DNA of 32,000 nt from a bacterium (GCA_035312185.1 DATGCI010000137.1:2557-34556); one strand, 5' to 3'; counted from the first letter of the stretch, positions 1 through 9,542 are shown. Program-made: numbers and translations. The notes: a model not told the origin generated them from the sequence alone.

Positions 1-1418
1 ATGCCAGACGGTTTGCGCTTTTGGAGGTGACAGGTACCACTTTTTAACTCATAAAGGCCATCTTGAGGCAGTTCAGGGATAGAATATTCTTCAATTTTAT
101 CATACCATTCGGGAATAGTTTTAGTTGTTTCGTTGTTTTCTGATGAAGCCAGCAGTTTGATTTTATTATTGTTAGTGAGTCGCCACTCGCTTTGACAATT
201 TTTGCAATAAATCTCTGCCTGCCCCCTTTCTTCAACACTTCCAATCTGACCACATTCCGGACAACGCCAAAACAGTCGCTCAATTCCCTGGTTGAGTTTG
301 TGGGTTGTAAAAATTTTATGCTCAAAATTATGATTAGGTTGATGAAGCACATTGTATAATCTATTTCTGATTTCCTGACTGTTTTCCTTCCTATCCACTT
401 TTAAAGGCGGATGATAGACAACTTTTGCATTGGTTCGGCGCCAGGAATCACTCCAGCGGGGCATAAATCCATCTAATCCACACAGACTTACTGGAATGAT
501 TGGTTGCTTAATTAATTTTAAAACGCGAGCAATGCCCCTGGGAAAAGGTACTGGTTTTCCGCTCCAGCTGCGTTTACCTTCCGGAAAATAACCCACGCTA
601 TCTCCGCTTCGCAAGGATCGCAGCATTTTTCTTATTGCTCCCGGGTCTTTTGTATATTTTTTTACCGGTATTGTATCCATTTTCCTGAGAACATAGGCAA
701 AAATTGGATTATGATAAATATCTGCAGTTGTAAAAAATTTGAGATCATGATGGCAATAAACAGAAATAAAATGAGGATCTAGGTAACTTAGATGATTGGA
801 AATGAAAAGTGCACCTTCATGTTCAGGAATATTTTCTCTACCCTTTACCTCAAGTTCAAAGACAAACTTGGCCAAGAATCTGAATAGCGGGTAATTAATT
901 AATTTCAACCAGGAGGGTCCTTTTTTGCCTTTTCTATTAATTTTATAGAAAAATGGAACTCTTTCTTTATAATTGTCAAATTTTTTAGAAATTTTCTTTC
1001 CATAGCGCTTCTCTTTCACTAAGTAAAGAGCCAATAAAAGGAATATTATCAAAGCAAAAATAATCATATCTATGGTGGTATTCTCGAAAAATCCACTCAA
1101 TCCTAAAAGTATTAAAAAATAACCCATAAAAAAAGGATGGCGAGAACGGCTGTAGGGTCCGGATTGGGGAATTATTTCAGGAACAAAAATCAGGGAGGGC
1201 AAATAATCAGTTTTTACATAAAATAATAACAGCGATTTAAAGGCTAAAAAGAATCCGGCTATAATAAAAAAAGCCGAAACAATTTTCAAAATAATGCCAA
1301 TATAATCATCAGAGGCATAATTATTAGATTGATCAATTATGAAAAGTATTATTGGAATTAAAAGCCAATATATGGCAAAGTGGGCAGAAAAATTAAGCCA
1401 TCTTCTATTATTTTGCAT
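1..1418 (-). CDS. Partial CDS (3' end lies beyond position 1): ICMT/PEMT-like membrane methyltransferase domain fused to a PlsC-type lysophospholipid acyltransferase domain and a C-terminal zinc ribbon
   Basis: Absent from the ORF track because it has no stop in the window. My minus-strand translation from the ATG at 1418-1416 stays open to position 1 (MQNNRRWLNFSAHFAIYWLL...). Motifs read directly: SGPYSRSRHPFFMGYFLILLG (RHPxY..G methyltransferase box), FISNHLSYLDP (HX4D acyltransferase box), GYFPEGKRS (FPEGxR box), and RCPECGQ...YCKNCQ (CxxC...CxxC). The listed ORF 44..352 is an out-of-frame shadow of this gene. Confidence 0.75.
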   Translation of the reverse strand, partial: MQNNRRWLNFSAHFAIYWLLIPIILFIIDQSNNYASDDYIGIILKIVSAFFIIAGFFLAFKSLLLFYVKTDYLPSLIFVPEIIPQSGPYSRSRHPFFMGYFLILLGLSGFFENTTIDMIIFALIIFLLLALYLVKEKRYGKKISKKFDNYKERVPFFYKINRKGKKGPSWLKLINYPLFRFLAKFVFELEVKGRENIPEHEGALFISNHLSYLDPHFISVYCHHDLKFFTTADIYHNPIFAYVLRKMDTIPVKKYTKDPGAIRKMLRSLRSGDSVGYFPEGKRSWSGKPVPFPRGIARVLKLIKQPIIPVSLCGLDGFMPRWSDSWRRTNAKVVYHPPLKVDRKENSQEIRNRLYNVLHQPNHNFEHKIFTTHKLNQGIERLFWRCPECGQIGSVEERGQAEIYCKNCQSEWRLTNNNKIKLLASSENNETTKTIPEWYDKIEEYSIPELPQDGLYELKSGTCHLQKRKPSG

Positions 1419-1441
1419 TCGAATCTCTCCAATTAACTTTT

Positions 1442-1472
1442 CAAATATACCTTTATTTCTATTTTTTCTCAA
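1442..1472 (-). promoter_or_regulatory. Candidate FCB/Bacteroidota-type sigma-A promoter (TTG-N20-TAtaTTTG) for the acyltransferase-fusion gene
   Basis: Plus-strand caaatata at 1442-1449 is TATATTTG on the minus strand, matching TAnnTTTG. A TTG (reverse complement of 1470-1472) lies 20 nt upstream. The -7 box ends about 24 nt before the ATG at 1418. Confidence 0.35.
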
Positions 1473-1523
1473 CAAGTTTAACAAATCTATCTCAAATCCA
1501 AACTAAATTTTAATCTGGGTAAA

Positions 1524-1531
1524 TAAATTTG
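1524..1531 (+). promoter_or_regulatory. Candidate FCB-type -7 box (TAAATTTG) upstream of lepA
   Basis: Exact TAnnTTTG match 62 nt upstream of the lepA ATG. No clean -33 TTTG was found, so this is weak. Confidence 0.3.
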
Positions 1532-1592
1532 TAAATTATCGAGTTGATTATCGTACTTTAGAACCTAATTTGAAAATGAAAATAGAAGTAAT

Positions 1593-3389
1593 ATGGATAT
1601 AAATGTAAGAAATTTTTCAATAATCGCCCACATTGACCATGGTAAATCCACACTTGCTGATCGCATGCTGGAAGCCACCAAGACTGTTCAGCAGCGGAAT
1701 ATGAAAGATCAGGTGCTGGATAATATGGATCTGGAGCGAGAGCGAGGCATTACTATAAAATCCCATCCCATTCGCATGAAATATCATCATTCTGATGGTG
1801 AAGATTATATTTTAAATTTGATCGACACTCCCGGTCATGTGGATTTTTCCTATGAAGTATCCCGCAGTTTGGCAGCCTGTGAAGGTGCTTTGCTTTTAGT
1901 TGATGCTGCTCAAGGTGTCGAAGCCCAGACTGTAAGTAATGCCTACCTGGCCATAGAAAACGACCTAGAAATCATACCTGTGATCAATAAAATTGATCTT
2001 TCCAGTGCCAGGCTCGAAAATACAACTAGAGAAGTGGTCGATCTGGTGGGCTGTGATGAAGATGAAATTATTTACGCCAGCGCCAAAGAAGGCGACGGCA
2101 TCGAAGATATTTTCTCAGCCATTATTGAGAAGGTTCCTCCTCCTGAACATGAACCTGACAAACCGCTTCGGGCTTTAATATTTGATTCCAATTATGATCC
2201 TTATCAGGGAGCAGTGCCTCATATCAGAATCTTCGAAGGTCAAGTTGAGGTCAATGATTTTGTCCAATTCTTCTCTGATAAGAAGAAACTGGAAGTTTCT
2301 GAATTGGGCTACTTCATTATGGGCAAGCAAAAGACCAAAAAACTTACTTCCGGTGATGTTGGCTATCTGGTATGTGGCTTAAAAGATATTTCCCGAATTG
2401 AAGTTGGCGACACAATTACTGGCTGGAAAAATCCGGCCGAGGAGAGATTACCAGGCTACAAATCTATCAAGCCTATGGTTTTTAGTGGAATGTATCCTGT
2501 CAATCCGGATGATTATAAAGAGTTGCGCAAGGCTCTCGACAAAATGAAATTAAATGATTCTTCATTGACCTTTGAGCCGGAAAATTCTGGTGCTTTGGGT
2601 TTTGGATTTCGCTGTGGCTATCTGGGCATGCTGCATATGGAAGTTATTCAGGAAAGGCTAGAGAGAGAATTCGATATAGAGCTGATCACCACAGTACCCA
2701 ATGTTAAATATTATGCTATTCTCAAAGATGGTGAAAAAATTGAAGTTGAAACACCATTCGATATGCCTCAAGCTAGTAAGATCGAAACTATGCTGGAGCC
2801 CTATGTAAAAGCTGAGGTTATTACGCCTGATGAATATGTTGGTAATGTGATGAAATTATGCGAAGCCAAACGCGGTAATTATGTTTCCACTCATTATTTG
2901 GATATGAAAAAAGTTCAAATAGAATATGAACTACCTATGATGGAAATGATCTATGATTTTTATGATAAATTGAAATCAACCACCCGTGGTTATGCCTCCT
3001 TTGATTATGAATCTATTGGTTACAAGGAAGGTGATCTTGTTAAAGTTGATATTCTGGTTAACAAAGAGCCTCTTGATCCTCTCTCTTTTATCACTCACGA
3101 TGATGATGCTTATTATAAAGGCCGAGAACTTTGCCGCCGACTCAAAGAATTGATCCCCAAGCATATGTTTGAGATACCAATTCAGGCCGCGATTGGCAAC
3201 AAAGTTGTCGCAAGAACTAATATCAAAGCTCTTCGCAAAAATGTAACTGCTAAATGTTATGGTGGTGATGTTACCAGGAAAAGAAAATTGATAGAAAAGC
3301 AAAAAGAAGGCAAAAAACGATTAAAGAAAGTGGGGAGCGTTGATGTCCCTCAGGAAGCCTTTTTCGCTATTCTGGATACCAATAAATAG
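1593..3389 (+). CDS. lepA: Translation elongation factor 4 (LepA)
   Basis: 598 aa. The N-terminus [21 protein letters not shown] carries the G1 box, followed by DTPGHVDF (G3) and NKIDL (G4). The LepA-specific C-terminal region reads [25 protein letters not shown]. Confidence 0.97.
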   Translation: MDINVRNFSIIAHIDHGKSTLADRMLEATKTVQQRNMKDQVLDNMDLERERGITIKSHPIRMKYHHSDGEDYILNLIDTPGHVDFSYEVSRSLAACEGALLLVDAAQGVEAQTVSNAYLAIENDLEIIPVINKIDLSSARLENTTREVVDLVGCDEDEIIYASAKEGDGIEDIFSAIIEKVPPPEHEPDKPLRALIFDSNYDPYQGAVPHIRIFEGQVEVNDFVQFFSDKKKLEVSELGYFIMGKQKTKKLTSGDVGYLVCGLKDISRIEVGDTITGWKNPAEERLPGYKSIKPMVFSGMYPVNPDDYKELRKALDKMKLNDSSLTFEPENSGALGFGFRCGYLGMLHMEVIQERLEREFDIELITTVPNVKYYAILKDGEKIEVETPFDMPQASKIETMLEPYVKAEVITPDEYVGNVMKLCEAKRGNYVSTHYLDMKKVQIEYELPMMEMIYDFYDKLKSTTRGYASFDYESIGYKEGDLVKVDILVNKEPLDPLSFITHDDDAYYKGRELCRRLKELIPKHMFEIPIQAAIGNKVVARTNIKALRKNVTAKCYGGDVTRKRKLIEKQKEGKKRLKKVGSVDVPQEAFFAILDTNK

Positions 3390-3390
3390 T

Positions 3391-4824
3391 TTACTCTTCA
3401 CAAAATTCTATATAAGCACGTGAGATAATAATTCCATTATTTTTGACTACAACCGGGTACTTTTTGCCCTGTCCATTTACTGAATATTTACTCCACATGT
3501 CCTGTGGAGTTATCCAGTAATTGCGGTCTTCTCCTCTATTAAAATCAACTGGCGGAACAAAGCCTTTCAGATTGACTTGCAAATGCTGTCCCGGAAATTC
3601 CGGAGAGTAAACATCAATAATCTTAAAACGGACACCATTGGTTAATCGGGCGGTCTGACCATCAAGAAAGACAATTTTATGACCACCATTCGCCAGTACA
3701 TAGGTTATTCTCTGGCTATCAATTGATTTTAAATCGATATAGATCTTACCAATTAAATCAGAATCTTTTTTAACCCGGATTTCTGTGGATCTGGTAATAG
3801 TTATTTCCTGCTGAAAATCCTGTTCGGTTCCCGAGCCAATAATATTGCAACTGATTCCTCTTTGATAATTGGAATTAACCCGGGTAATTTTTATTTGATC
3901 GCCGGGAAAGACCCTCAGTGTATCATAATTTTCCACAAAGACAGGCCGTTGCCTATTAACAGAAATATTCATATTATTAAGTTTGGGAGGCGAGATAATG
4001 ACCGAGGGAAATTCAGGCACTACTCCCATCATTTCCAGAAAGGCGTTGATTGCATAATTATGATATCTGATTTTATCTTCAAGGTTGTCAATATTTTTTG
4101 AGGCTTCTATTCCAAAAGCCGGTATTCCTAGATTGGAGACCGCATAAAAAGTGGCTGATTGTTTCATTTCAGGAAAATTACTATTCTTGGCCAGCGTCTT
4201 TGTATTCATAAAATGGAGTTTATGATAGGAATTGGTGATATGATTGTTGGCTTTTTCAACTGCTTTTCGGGCCATTTTCCCTAAATAAATTGTATCGCCC
4301 TGGTGAACATAGGTTTCAGTATCGGCAATAATTGATTGGCCGAATCTATTTGGATTGCGCCCCGGCCCTTCCCACTTTTTAGAGTAGAAGCCCCAGCCAT
4401 CGTGTAAATTCAAAACCAGATCCGATTCTTTCATGAGATCGGTAATTATCTGGACAATTTTGTCTTCATAAATATTATCGGGGGATACATTAAATCTTCG
4501 ATTCATATCTGTGTTTATATAGCGCCGCTTTTTGATAATGGAATGAAAATTAGTGCGGGGTACGACTATTAGATTGCCTTTTTTCAGCATAAGATCTGAA
4601 TATAGATCAGCAGACAGATATCCGCCAGGTTCATCTCCCTGTATTCCCCCAATGATCAAAACAGTTTTACCGTCCTCTTCACCGTACAATTTATAGACAT
4701 TGAGTTCATTACGTGTGTTTTCATAATAGACATTGTGGTCCCGGCGAGGCTGCTTAGCAGTAAGAATGCCCGCCAATATGTTCATTAGTACTAATATTTT
4801 GATAATGTTCTTCATTGCCACCAT
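3391..4824 (-). CDS. Secreted M14-like carboxypeptidase with a Q-x-x-E metal motif (Csd4/Pgp1-like, peptidoglycan peptide trimming) plus a C-terminal beta-rich region
   Basis: 477 aa with a signal-like N-terminus (MKNIIKILVLMNILAGILTA). VLIIGGIQGDEPGGY sits where M14 enzymes carry HxxE. NLHDGWGF is a candidate third metal ligand. An alternative start at 4815 would give an ATGA overlap with the upstream stop. Confidence 0.6.
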   Translation of the reverse strand: MVAMKNIIKILVLMNILAGILTAKQPRRDHNVYYENTRNELNVYKLYGEEDGKTVLIIGGIQGDEPGGYLSADLYSDLMLKKGNLIVVPRTNFHSIIKKRRYINTDMNRRFNVSPDNIYEDKIVQIITDLMKESDLVLNLHDGWGFYSKKWEGPGRNPNRFGQSIIADTETYVHQGDTIYLGKMARKAVEKANNHITNSYHKLHFMNTKTLAKNSNFPEMKQSATFYAVSNLGIPAFGIEASKNIDNLEDKIRYHNYAINAFLEMMGVVPEFPSVIISPPKLNNMNISVNRQRPVFVENYDTLRVFPGDQIKITRVNSNYQRGISCNIIGSGTEQDFQQEITITRSTEIRVKKDSDLIGKIYIDLKSIDSQRITYVLANGGHKIVFLDGQTARLTNGVRFKIIDVYSPEFPGQHLQVNLKGFVPPVDFNRGEDRNYWITPQDMWSKYSVNGQGKKYPVVVKNNGIIISRAYIEFCEE

Positions 4825-6662
4825 TTTTCATCTATGATTTTAAAATTTCCAGGCCTTCCTGTGATGATCAGCAATTTATTACCACTGTCAGCATACCCGG
4901 TTGAATTATAGTCCTGCTTAAAGCTAACTTCCCAGGTATATTTCTGATCACTTTCCACCTCATAACCATAAGTTTTTACTTCAATCTTATCTGTTGCCTG
5001 AAACTTTGAGGCCTTGTCATCTTCCCAGCCTTCTCGGTCGAATTCACCGGAGTTAAAATCCTGAGCATAGTATTGCATATAATTATCAATCTGCTGTGAT
5101 TCCCAGGCTTTCTGCCATTCATCAACAAATTGGATTAATGCTGTGCGAATATTTGTTCTTTGGCCGCGAGTGAAGTCTTCAGTTATTATTTTCCAGCCCT
5201 GTGACTCTCTTGATAAAACAAGAGATTTCTGGCCTTTTGAGAAAAATCGAGGACAATTGTATCGCTGATCAAATTTTATCTGAATATTTTCGCCTTCAAC
5301 AGTATAATCCAAACTATCTATATTGACATCTTTCCAGGCATAAACCTGTTCAAGCCGTTTTTTTCTACGAGCAAAACTTTGATAATTATCACTAGAAGTT
5401 GAAAAATTATCCTGAGAATAATGGGCCAGGTATTCATCCATCTGTCCCTTATTCCAGCTCTGAACCCAATTTTCAGAAAATGTTCCTGTAAATTCTTTTA
5501 GACTAACTTCTTTTTGTTTTTTATAATTTTCTTCGATAGGAGTCCAGTTTCCATTATTGAAATCCAAAAAGGCTTTGTTACTGGCTTCAACTATTTTTTG
5601 GTTATTCAGAAAAGTGAGATCGAAAGCTGCAAATACTTTCTCAGATTCAAGACCAGTATCGAGATCATTAATTAAAATTTTTCCCGGCACTGTATCCTGA
5701 TTTCCGGAATTGATATTTTTTCTATTGTTTTCAGTCCACTGAGAAAGGAATTCATCAATAGTTTCTTGAAAATCAAAGCGTTGATCAGACGGTCCATAAT
5801 CTTCAGTAATAATCTTCCAATCATGGGAGTTCTTAACAAAAGTTAGTTCTTTCGGACCGACTGAAATAAAATCGGGAGTTATATATTCCTGTTCAAATAC
5901 AATTCGAGCTTCATAATCAGCAGAAAAAACCTGTACATTTTCAGTATTAATCTTTTTCCAGTTAATATTCTGATCGATTCGCTCTTTCCGCTCGATATAG
6001 GATTCCAGACTCTGATCAGAATGGAAATTTGGTGAGTAAAACTTTTCATAGGAATTAAATTTACCAGTCTGCCAGGCCTGTTTCCAGTTCTGCAGAACTA
6101 ATTCCCAATTTTTTAATCTAGCATGATAAGTTGAAAAATCGGTACGAGCCAGAGAGTCATAGATTAATACCTTCGTCTTTCCCAGATCAACAAATTTTTT
6201 ATTGACCTCCAGGATTCTATGATTTTCCAGTGACACACAACCTTTGGTCTGACGGGGTTCCAGTTTTTCATTTCGTCCGTGAACCCAGATATTAGTACCG
6301 CCATTTCCCAGAGCTCTGTCCACATGATTAGGATAATCCAGAATCAAAGCTAGAGGGCCATATATTTCTGGCAGATCCCTATCAGTGAGCTTGCTGACAA
6401 TTGTGTAAACCCCTTCCGGAGTTTTTTTATCACCTTCTACTCTTTTATCGCCCCGGCTGGAACCTGTGCTGGCCTCAATAGAATCTACCACTTTCAACCT
6501 TCCCGGTCCCTGACTGGTAAATATATAAAACATCTGCCTGGACTTATCCACTACAAAAACAGGATCAGTAGAATCTGATGAAATATTATAGAATCCAGGT
6601 AAATTGTACCCCCAGAGCACATAGCCAAATATTAATACAACAGAAATAATCCTTTTACACAA
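4812..6662 (-). CDS. YkuD-fold L,D-transpeptidase/L,D-carboxypeptidase domain protein with four tandem NTF2-like C-terminal modules (Csd6/Pgp2-like architecture)
   Basis: 616 aa. The YkuD signature reads NIWVHGRNE...RQTKGCVSLEN (HG...GC). Repeated modules follow of the form W..AW....Y...Y..F ... WKIITEDY/F. The start is TTG at 6662, preceded by AGGTGG 7 nt upstream. The N-terminus is hydrophobic. Confidence 0.8.
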   Translation of the reverse strand: MCKRIISVVLIFGYVLWGYNLPGFYNISSDSTDPVFVVDKSRQMFYIFTSQGPGRLKVVDSIEASTGSSRGDKRVEGDKKTPEGVYTIVSKLTDRDLPEIYGPLALILDYPNHVDRALGNGGTNIWVHGRNEKLEPRQTKGCVSLENHRILEVNKKFVDLGKTKVLIYDSLARTDFSTYHARLKNWELVLQNWKQAWQTGKFNSYEKFYSPNFHSDQSLESYIERKERIDQNINWKKINTENVQVFSADYEARIVFEQEYITPDFISVGPKELTFVKNSHDWKIITEDYGPSDQRFDFQETIDEFLSQWTENNRKNINSGNQDTVPGKILINDLDTGLESEKVFAAFDLTFLNNQKIVEASNKAFLDFNNGNWTPIEENYKKQKEVSLKEFTGTFSENWVQSWNKGQMDEYLAHYSQDNFSTSSDNYQSFARRKKRLEQVYAWKDVNIDSLDYTVEGENIQIKFDQRYNCPRFFSKGQKSLVLSRESQGWKIITEDFTRGQRTNIRTALIQFVDEWQKAWESQQIDNYMQYYAQDFNSGEFDREGWEDDKASKFQATDKIEVKTYGYEVESDQKYTWEVSFKQDYNSTGYADSGNKLLIITGRPGNFKIIDEKWWQ

Positions 6663-6988
6663 ACTTTTACCACCTAAAATTTATTTTGCTGATTACGGAA
6701 AATTGCATTCTAAATAGTGCCTCAAATAAATCTCAACTTTAGTTACAATCTTTTTTGTTTGCCCATCCTTCTTTTAATGGATTACAAACAACAATTCAAT
6801 TTTGTGCTCGAAATATAACAATTATTGATTTTAAAGACAAAAATATTTTTAATTCGATATATAAACTTTTTTATATGAAATGCAGTTTAAACAAATCATG
6901 TCTAATTCATAATACAGAATTTTTCCAATATTATACAGAAAAAAATAGTTCCTGGTCAAATTATCTTTATTCTTAGTCTTCAAAAAAG

Positions 6989-7003
6989 TAGATAACTTAT
7001 CTA
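6989..7003. promoter_or_regulatory. Perfect 15-bp palindrome TAGATAAcTTATCTA (operator-like) in a divergent intergenic region
   Basis: Read directly from the sequence. An additional TATCTA half-site lies at about 7019. The palindrome sits about 117 bp upstream of the CPBP gene. Confidence 0.25.
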
Positions 7004-7119
7004 TAAACTTAAGGTGCCCTATCTATTTTATAAATAAAGTTATTATAATTTATTCTCCGGAAAGTTAAATTTCATCCTGCTTTTCCTTGATTAATTAAGA
7101 TAATTAATATAATCTAGAG

Positions 7120-7866
7120 GTGTTTGTAAAGCATTTAATGGTCAGGAAATCGATGGATTATTTCAAAGAATACTTCCAGGAATCCCGGACACCACTTTAT
7201 AGTTTGCTGATTACCACGCCTTTGCTTATTATCTATGAAACCCTGCTATATAAATTAAACCAATCAGATGTAACCGGGATTCGAAATGCTGCTGATGTGC
7301 TTATCCGCAGAATATTTCATCATTTTGATATTTATGGTTTCTATATTGTAGGCGTTATTATTTTTGTGAGTATGTTCCTGGCCTTTTATTTTCGTTTTCA
7401 GAGAAACAAAAACGCCCATCTTAATCTGAACTTTTTTGTTTTAATGGTAGTCGAAAGTCTGGTTTATGCTTTCGTTCTGGTAATAGTGATGAATCGAAGT
7501 AGTTATCTTCTATCTTCTCCTTCCCAATTTAATACTCACTCCCAATTATTTGTCATGGCTTTAGGAGCGGGAATTTACGAAGAATTTGTTTTTCGCTTCA
7601 TTATGATAAGTGCAGGCCTGTTTTTTTTCAACAAACTATTGAAATGGAATAAGAATCCCAGCAAGATAGCCTCAGTTATCCTGGGTGCTCTGCTTTTCTC
7701 ACTCTTTCATTATATTGGCCGTTTTGGGGAAGCATTTCAAATCAAATCATTTTTACTGAGAACTATTGCCGGACTTTTGCTATCAATTATTTATGTATTT
7801 CGCGGCTACGGAATTACAGCCTACACCCACATTTTATATGATTTGATTCTTATTTATATATATTGA
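7120..7866 (+). CDS. CPBP family (CAAX/Abi) intramembrane glutamic endopeptidase
   Basis: Polytopic membrane protein with GIYEEFVFRF (EExxxR), FSLFHYIG (FxxxH) and HILYDL (HxxxD/N) motifs. The track start is GTG at 7120. In-frame ATGs at 7138 and 7153 are alternatives; AGGAAA precedes 7153. Confidence 0.8.
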   Translation: MFVKHLMVRKSMDYFKEYFQESRTPLYSLLITTPLLIIYETLLYKLNQSDVTGIRNAADVLIRRIFHHFDIYGFYIVGVIIFVSMFLAFYFRFQRNKNAHLNLNFFVLMVVESLVYAFVLVIVMNRSSYLLSSPSQFNTHSQLFVMALGAGIYEEFVFRFIMISAGLFFFNKLLKWNKNPSKIASVILGALLFSLFHYIGRFGEAFQIKSFLLRTIAGLLLSIIYVFRGYGITAYTHILYDLILIYIY

Positions 7867-7878
7867 TAAATTTTGGAA

Positions 7879-8616
7879 CTAGTCATCCAGATTTAGGACA
7901 AATTTGGTTACAAAAACAGTTATCAGATCTAACACTACAAAATAGATCAGAGGTATTAGCAGAGCATTAAAATCTCCGGCTAATATACTGGCTGTACCCG
8001 AGAGCATCATTCCCGTTGGCAAGTAATGCAATATCAAAGCATAGAGATTATCGAATTGGAAAAGAGGAATCACAGCTCCGCTGATCAAAAAGAATACAAC
8101 AATGACCACTGGTAAAGCAGAAATATTAAGAGCCGATCTTTTACTAAAATAGCCGACTAGATTACCGATATTTAGAAAAAATAGACCTGTTAGCAAGAAG
8201 TAGAGAATTAATAAAAGAAAATTCCATGAAACTCCCTGCGGTTTAGCCATAATAAGTAGCAATATTGCAGAAATTATTATCTCAAATAAAAGCGCTAAAG
8301 AGATGCCGGTTATTTCTCTCAAATAAAATCTATCAGCCAAACATTGCATAGTTTTTAAATAATCCATGCGATTATCCCGTCTATAATTTGCATGGATGAG
8401 CAGGGCACCACCTTGAAAGGCAAGCAGTCCAGCCATTATTGTCAAAATGCTGCCAATACTTTCCATTTTCGTCGGAACAAAACCAGCCTGAAGGGTCGGC
8501 TCTAGAAATTGGAAGAATAAAAGATACAAACCTAGAGTTAGCAAAAGATTATAAATAGTGACGATCACTAGTTTATATCGATTTTCTATAAACATATTTT
8601 TACCAATTATCTTCAT
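7879..8616 (-). CDS. ABC-2 type transporter permease
   Basis: 245 aa with about 6 hydrophobic segments. It has a 4-nt overlap with the upstream ABC ATPase gene. Confidence 0.7.
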   Translation of the reverse strand: MKIIGKNMFIENRYKLVIVTIYNLLLTLGLYLLFFQFLEPTLQAGFVPTKMESIGSILTIMAGLLAFQGGALLIHANYRRDNRMDYLKTMQCLADRFYLREITGISLALLFEIIISAILLLIMAKPQGVSWNFLLLILYFLLTGLFFLNIGNLVGYFSKRSALNISALPVVIVVFFLISGAVIPLFQFDNLYALILHYLPTGMMLSGTASILAGDFNALLIPLIYFVVLDLITVFVTKFVLNLDD

Positions 8617-9542
8617 TGCAAGCCCTCATCAGATGTAAGTTGATCAAGTAAATAATTCATATTGACCGAATTACCGGCGATTCTGCAGAAATTTTCCTCA
8701 CCAAGTTCCTGAATCAATTGCAAAAAATTGGTGGCGGAATCTGTTGCTATCTGAATTGTATTACCCAGATCCTGGATATTATTGACTAGAGAGCTGGCTT
8801 CGAGTTCTTGCAAAATTTCTGAGCGCTGATCGGCCTTTATTTCCAGGTAACCAGTAAAATCCAGATCCACATGCTCGACCATTGTCTCTAGATCTCCGTC
8901 ATAGCGCACCATTCCTTTATGAAGCACTATCCAGCGATCTGTTACAGTTTCAATTTCAGTGAACTCGTCTGTAGCAATTACTGTAGTTTTTTCGCCTTTT
9001 ATCTCTTTTAAATAATTGAGCAACTTGCCCCGGGTATGGTAGTCTAGATCTTTTAAAGGTTCATCAAGGAGCAAAATGGGAGCATCCTGAATCAAGACCA
9101 GAATTAGATCGAGCCGGCGCTTGATTCCTTTGGGATAATGTTCCGGGATACTATCCAGATATTGATCAAATTCTAAAAGCGAAGAAAATTGCTTCATTTT
9201 TTTGCGAAATTTGCGCTCCGTTGTTGATGAATAATCCAGATATTTCTCAATATTTTGCCGGCCTGTTATCCAGGGATTATGAATATTATGGGGTGGTAAA
9301 AAAGCCAGATTATGACGGAATTCCTGACTCGATTTATTAATCTCCTGTCCCTGAATGTATACCTGTCCGCTATCTATTCCCGTTAAACCGGATAGAATCT
9401 TGAGCAAAGTACTTTTACCGGCTCCATCTCGGCCAACAATAGTAAAGGTACTCCCCTTTTCAATACCAAATGACAGGTCGCTGATAACATGATTTTCTTT
9501 GAATCTTTTGCCAACATTCTTGAGAGTAATTGATGCTTCCAT
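8613..9542 (-). CDS. ABC transporter ATP-binding protein
   Basis: Walker A reads GRDGAGKSTLLKIL and Walker B reads ILLLDEP. A C-terminal accessory domain is present. The start codon overlaps the polA stop by 1 nt. Confidence 0.9.
   Translation of the reverse strand: MEASITLKNVGKRFKENHVISDLSFGIEKGSTFTIVGRDGAGKSTLLKILSGLTGIDSGQVYIQGQEINKSSQEFRHNLAFLPPHNIHNPWITGRQNIEKYLDYSSTTERKFRKKMKQFSSLLEFDQYLDSIPEHYPKGIKRRLDLILVLIQDAPILLLDEPLKDLDYHTRGKLLNYLKEIKGEKTTVIATDEFTEIETVTDRWIVLHKGMVRYDGDLETMVEHVDLDFTGYLEIKADQRSEILQELEASSLVNNIQDLGNTIQIATDSATNFLQLIQELGEENFCRIAGNSVNMNYLLDQLTSDEGLQ

Noticed and set aside
44-352. Listed 102-aa minus-strand ORF
   Set aside because: It is out of frame with, and fully inside, the long minus-strand ORF that is open from 1418 to position 1 and carries clear acyltransferase motifs. 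It is a shadow ORF.
6755-6976. Listed 73-aa plus-strand ORF in the divergent intergenic region
   Set aside because: The DNA is extremely AT-rich and the peptide is low-complexity. There is no SD and no recognisable motif, and it lies in a promoter region. It is probably a chance ORF.
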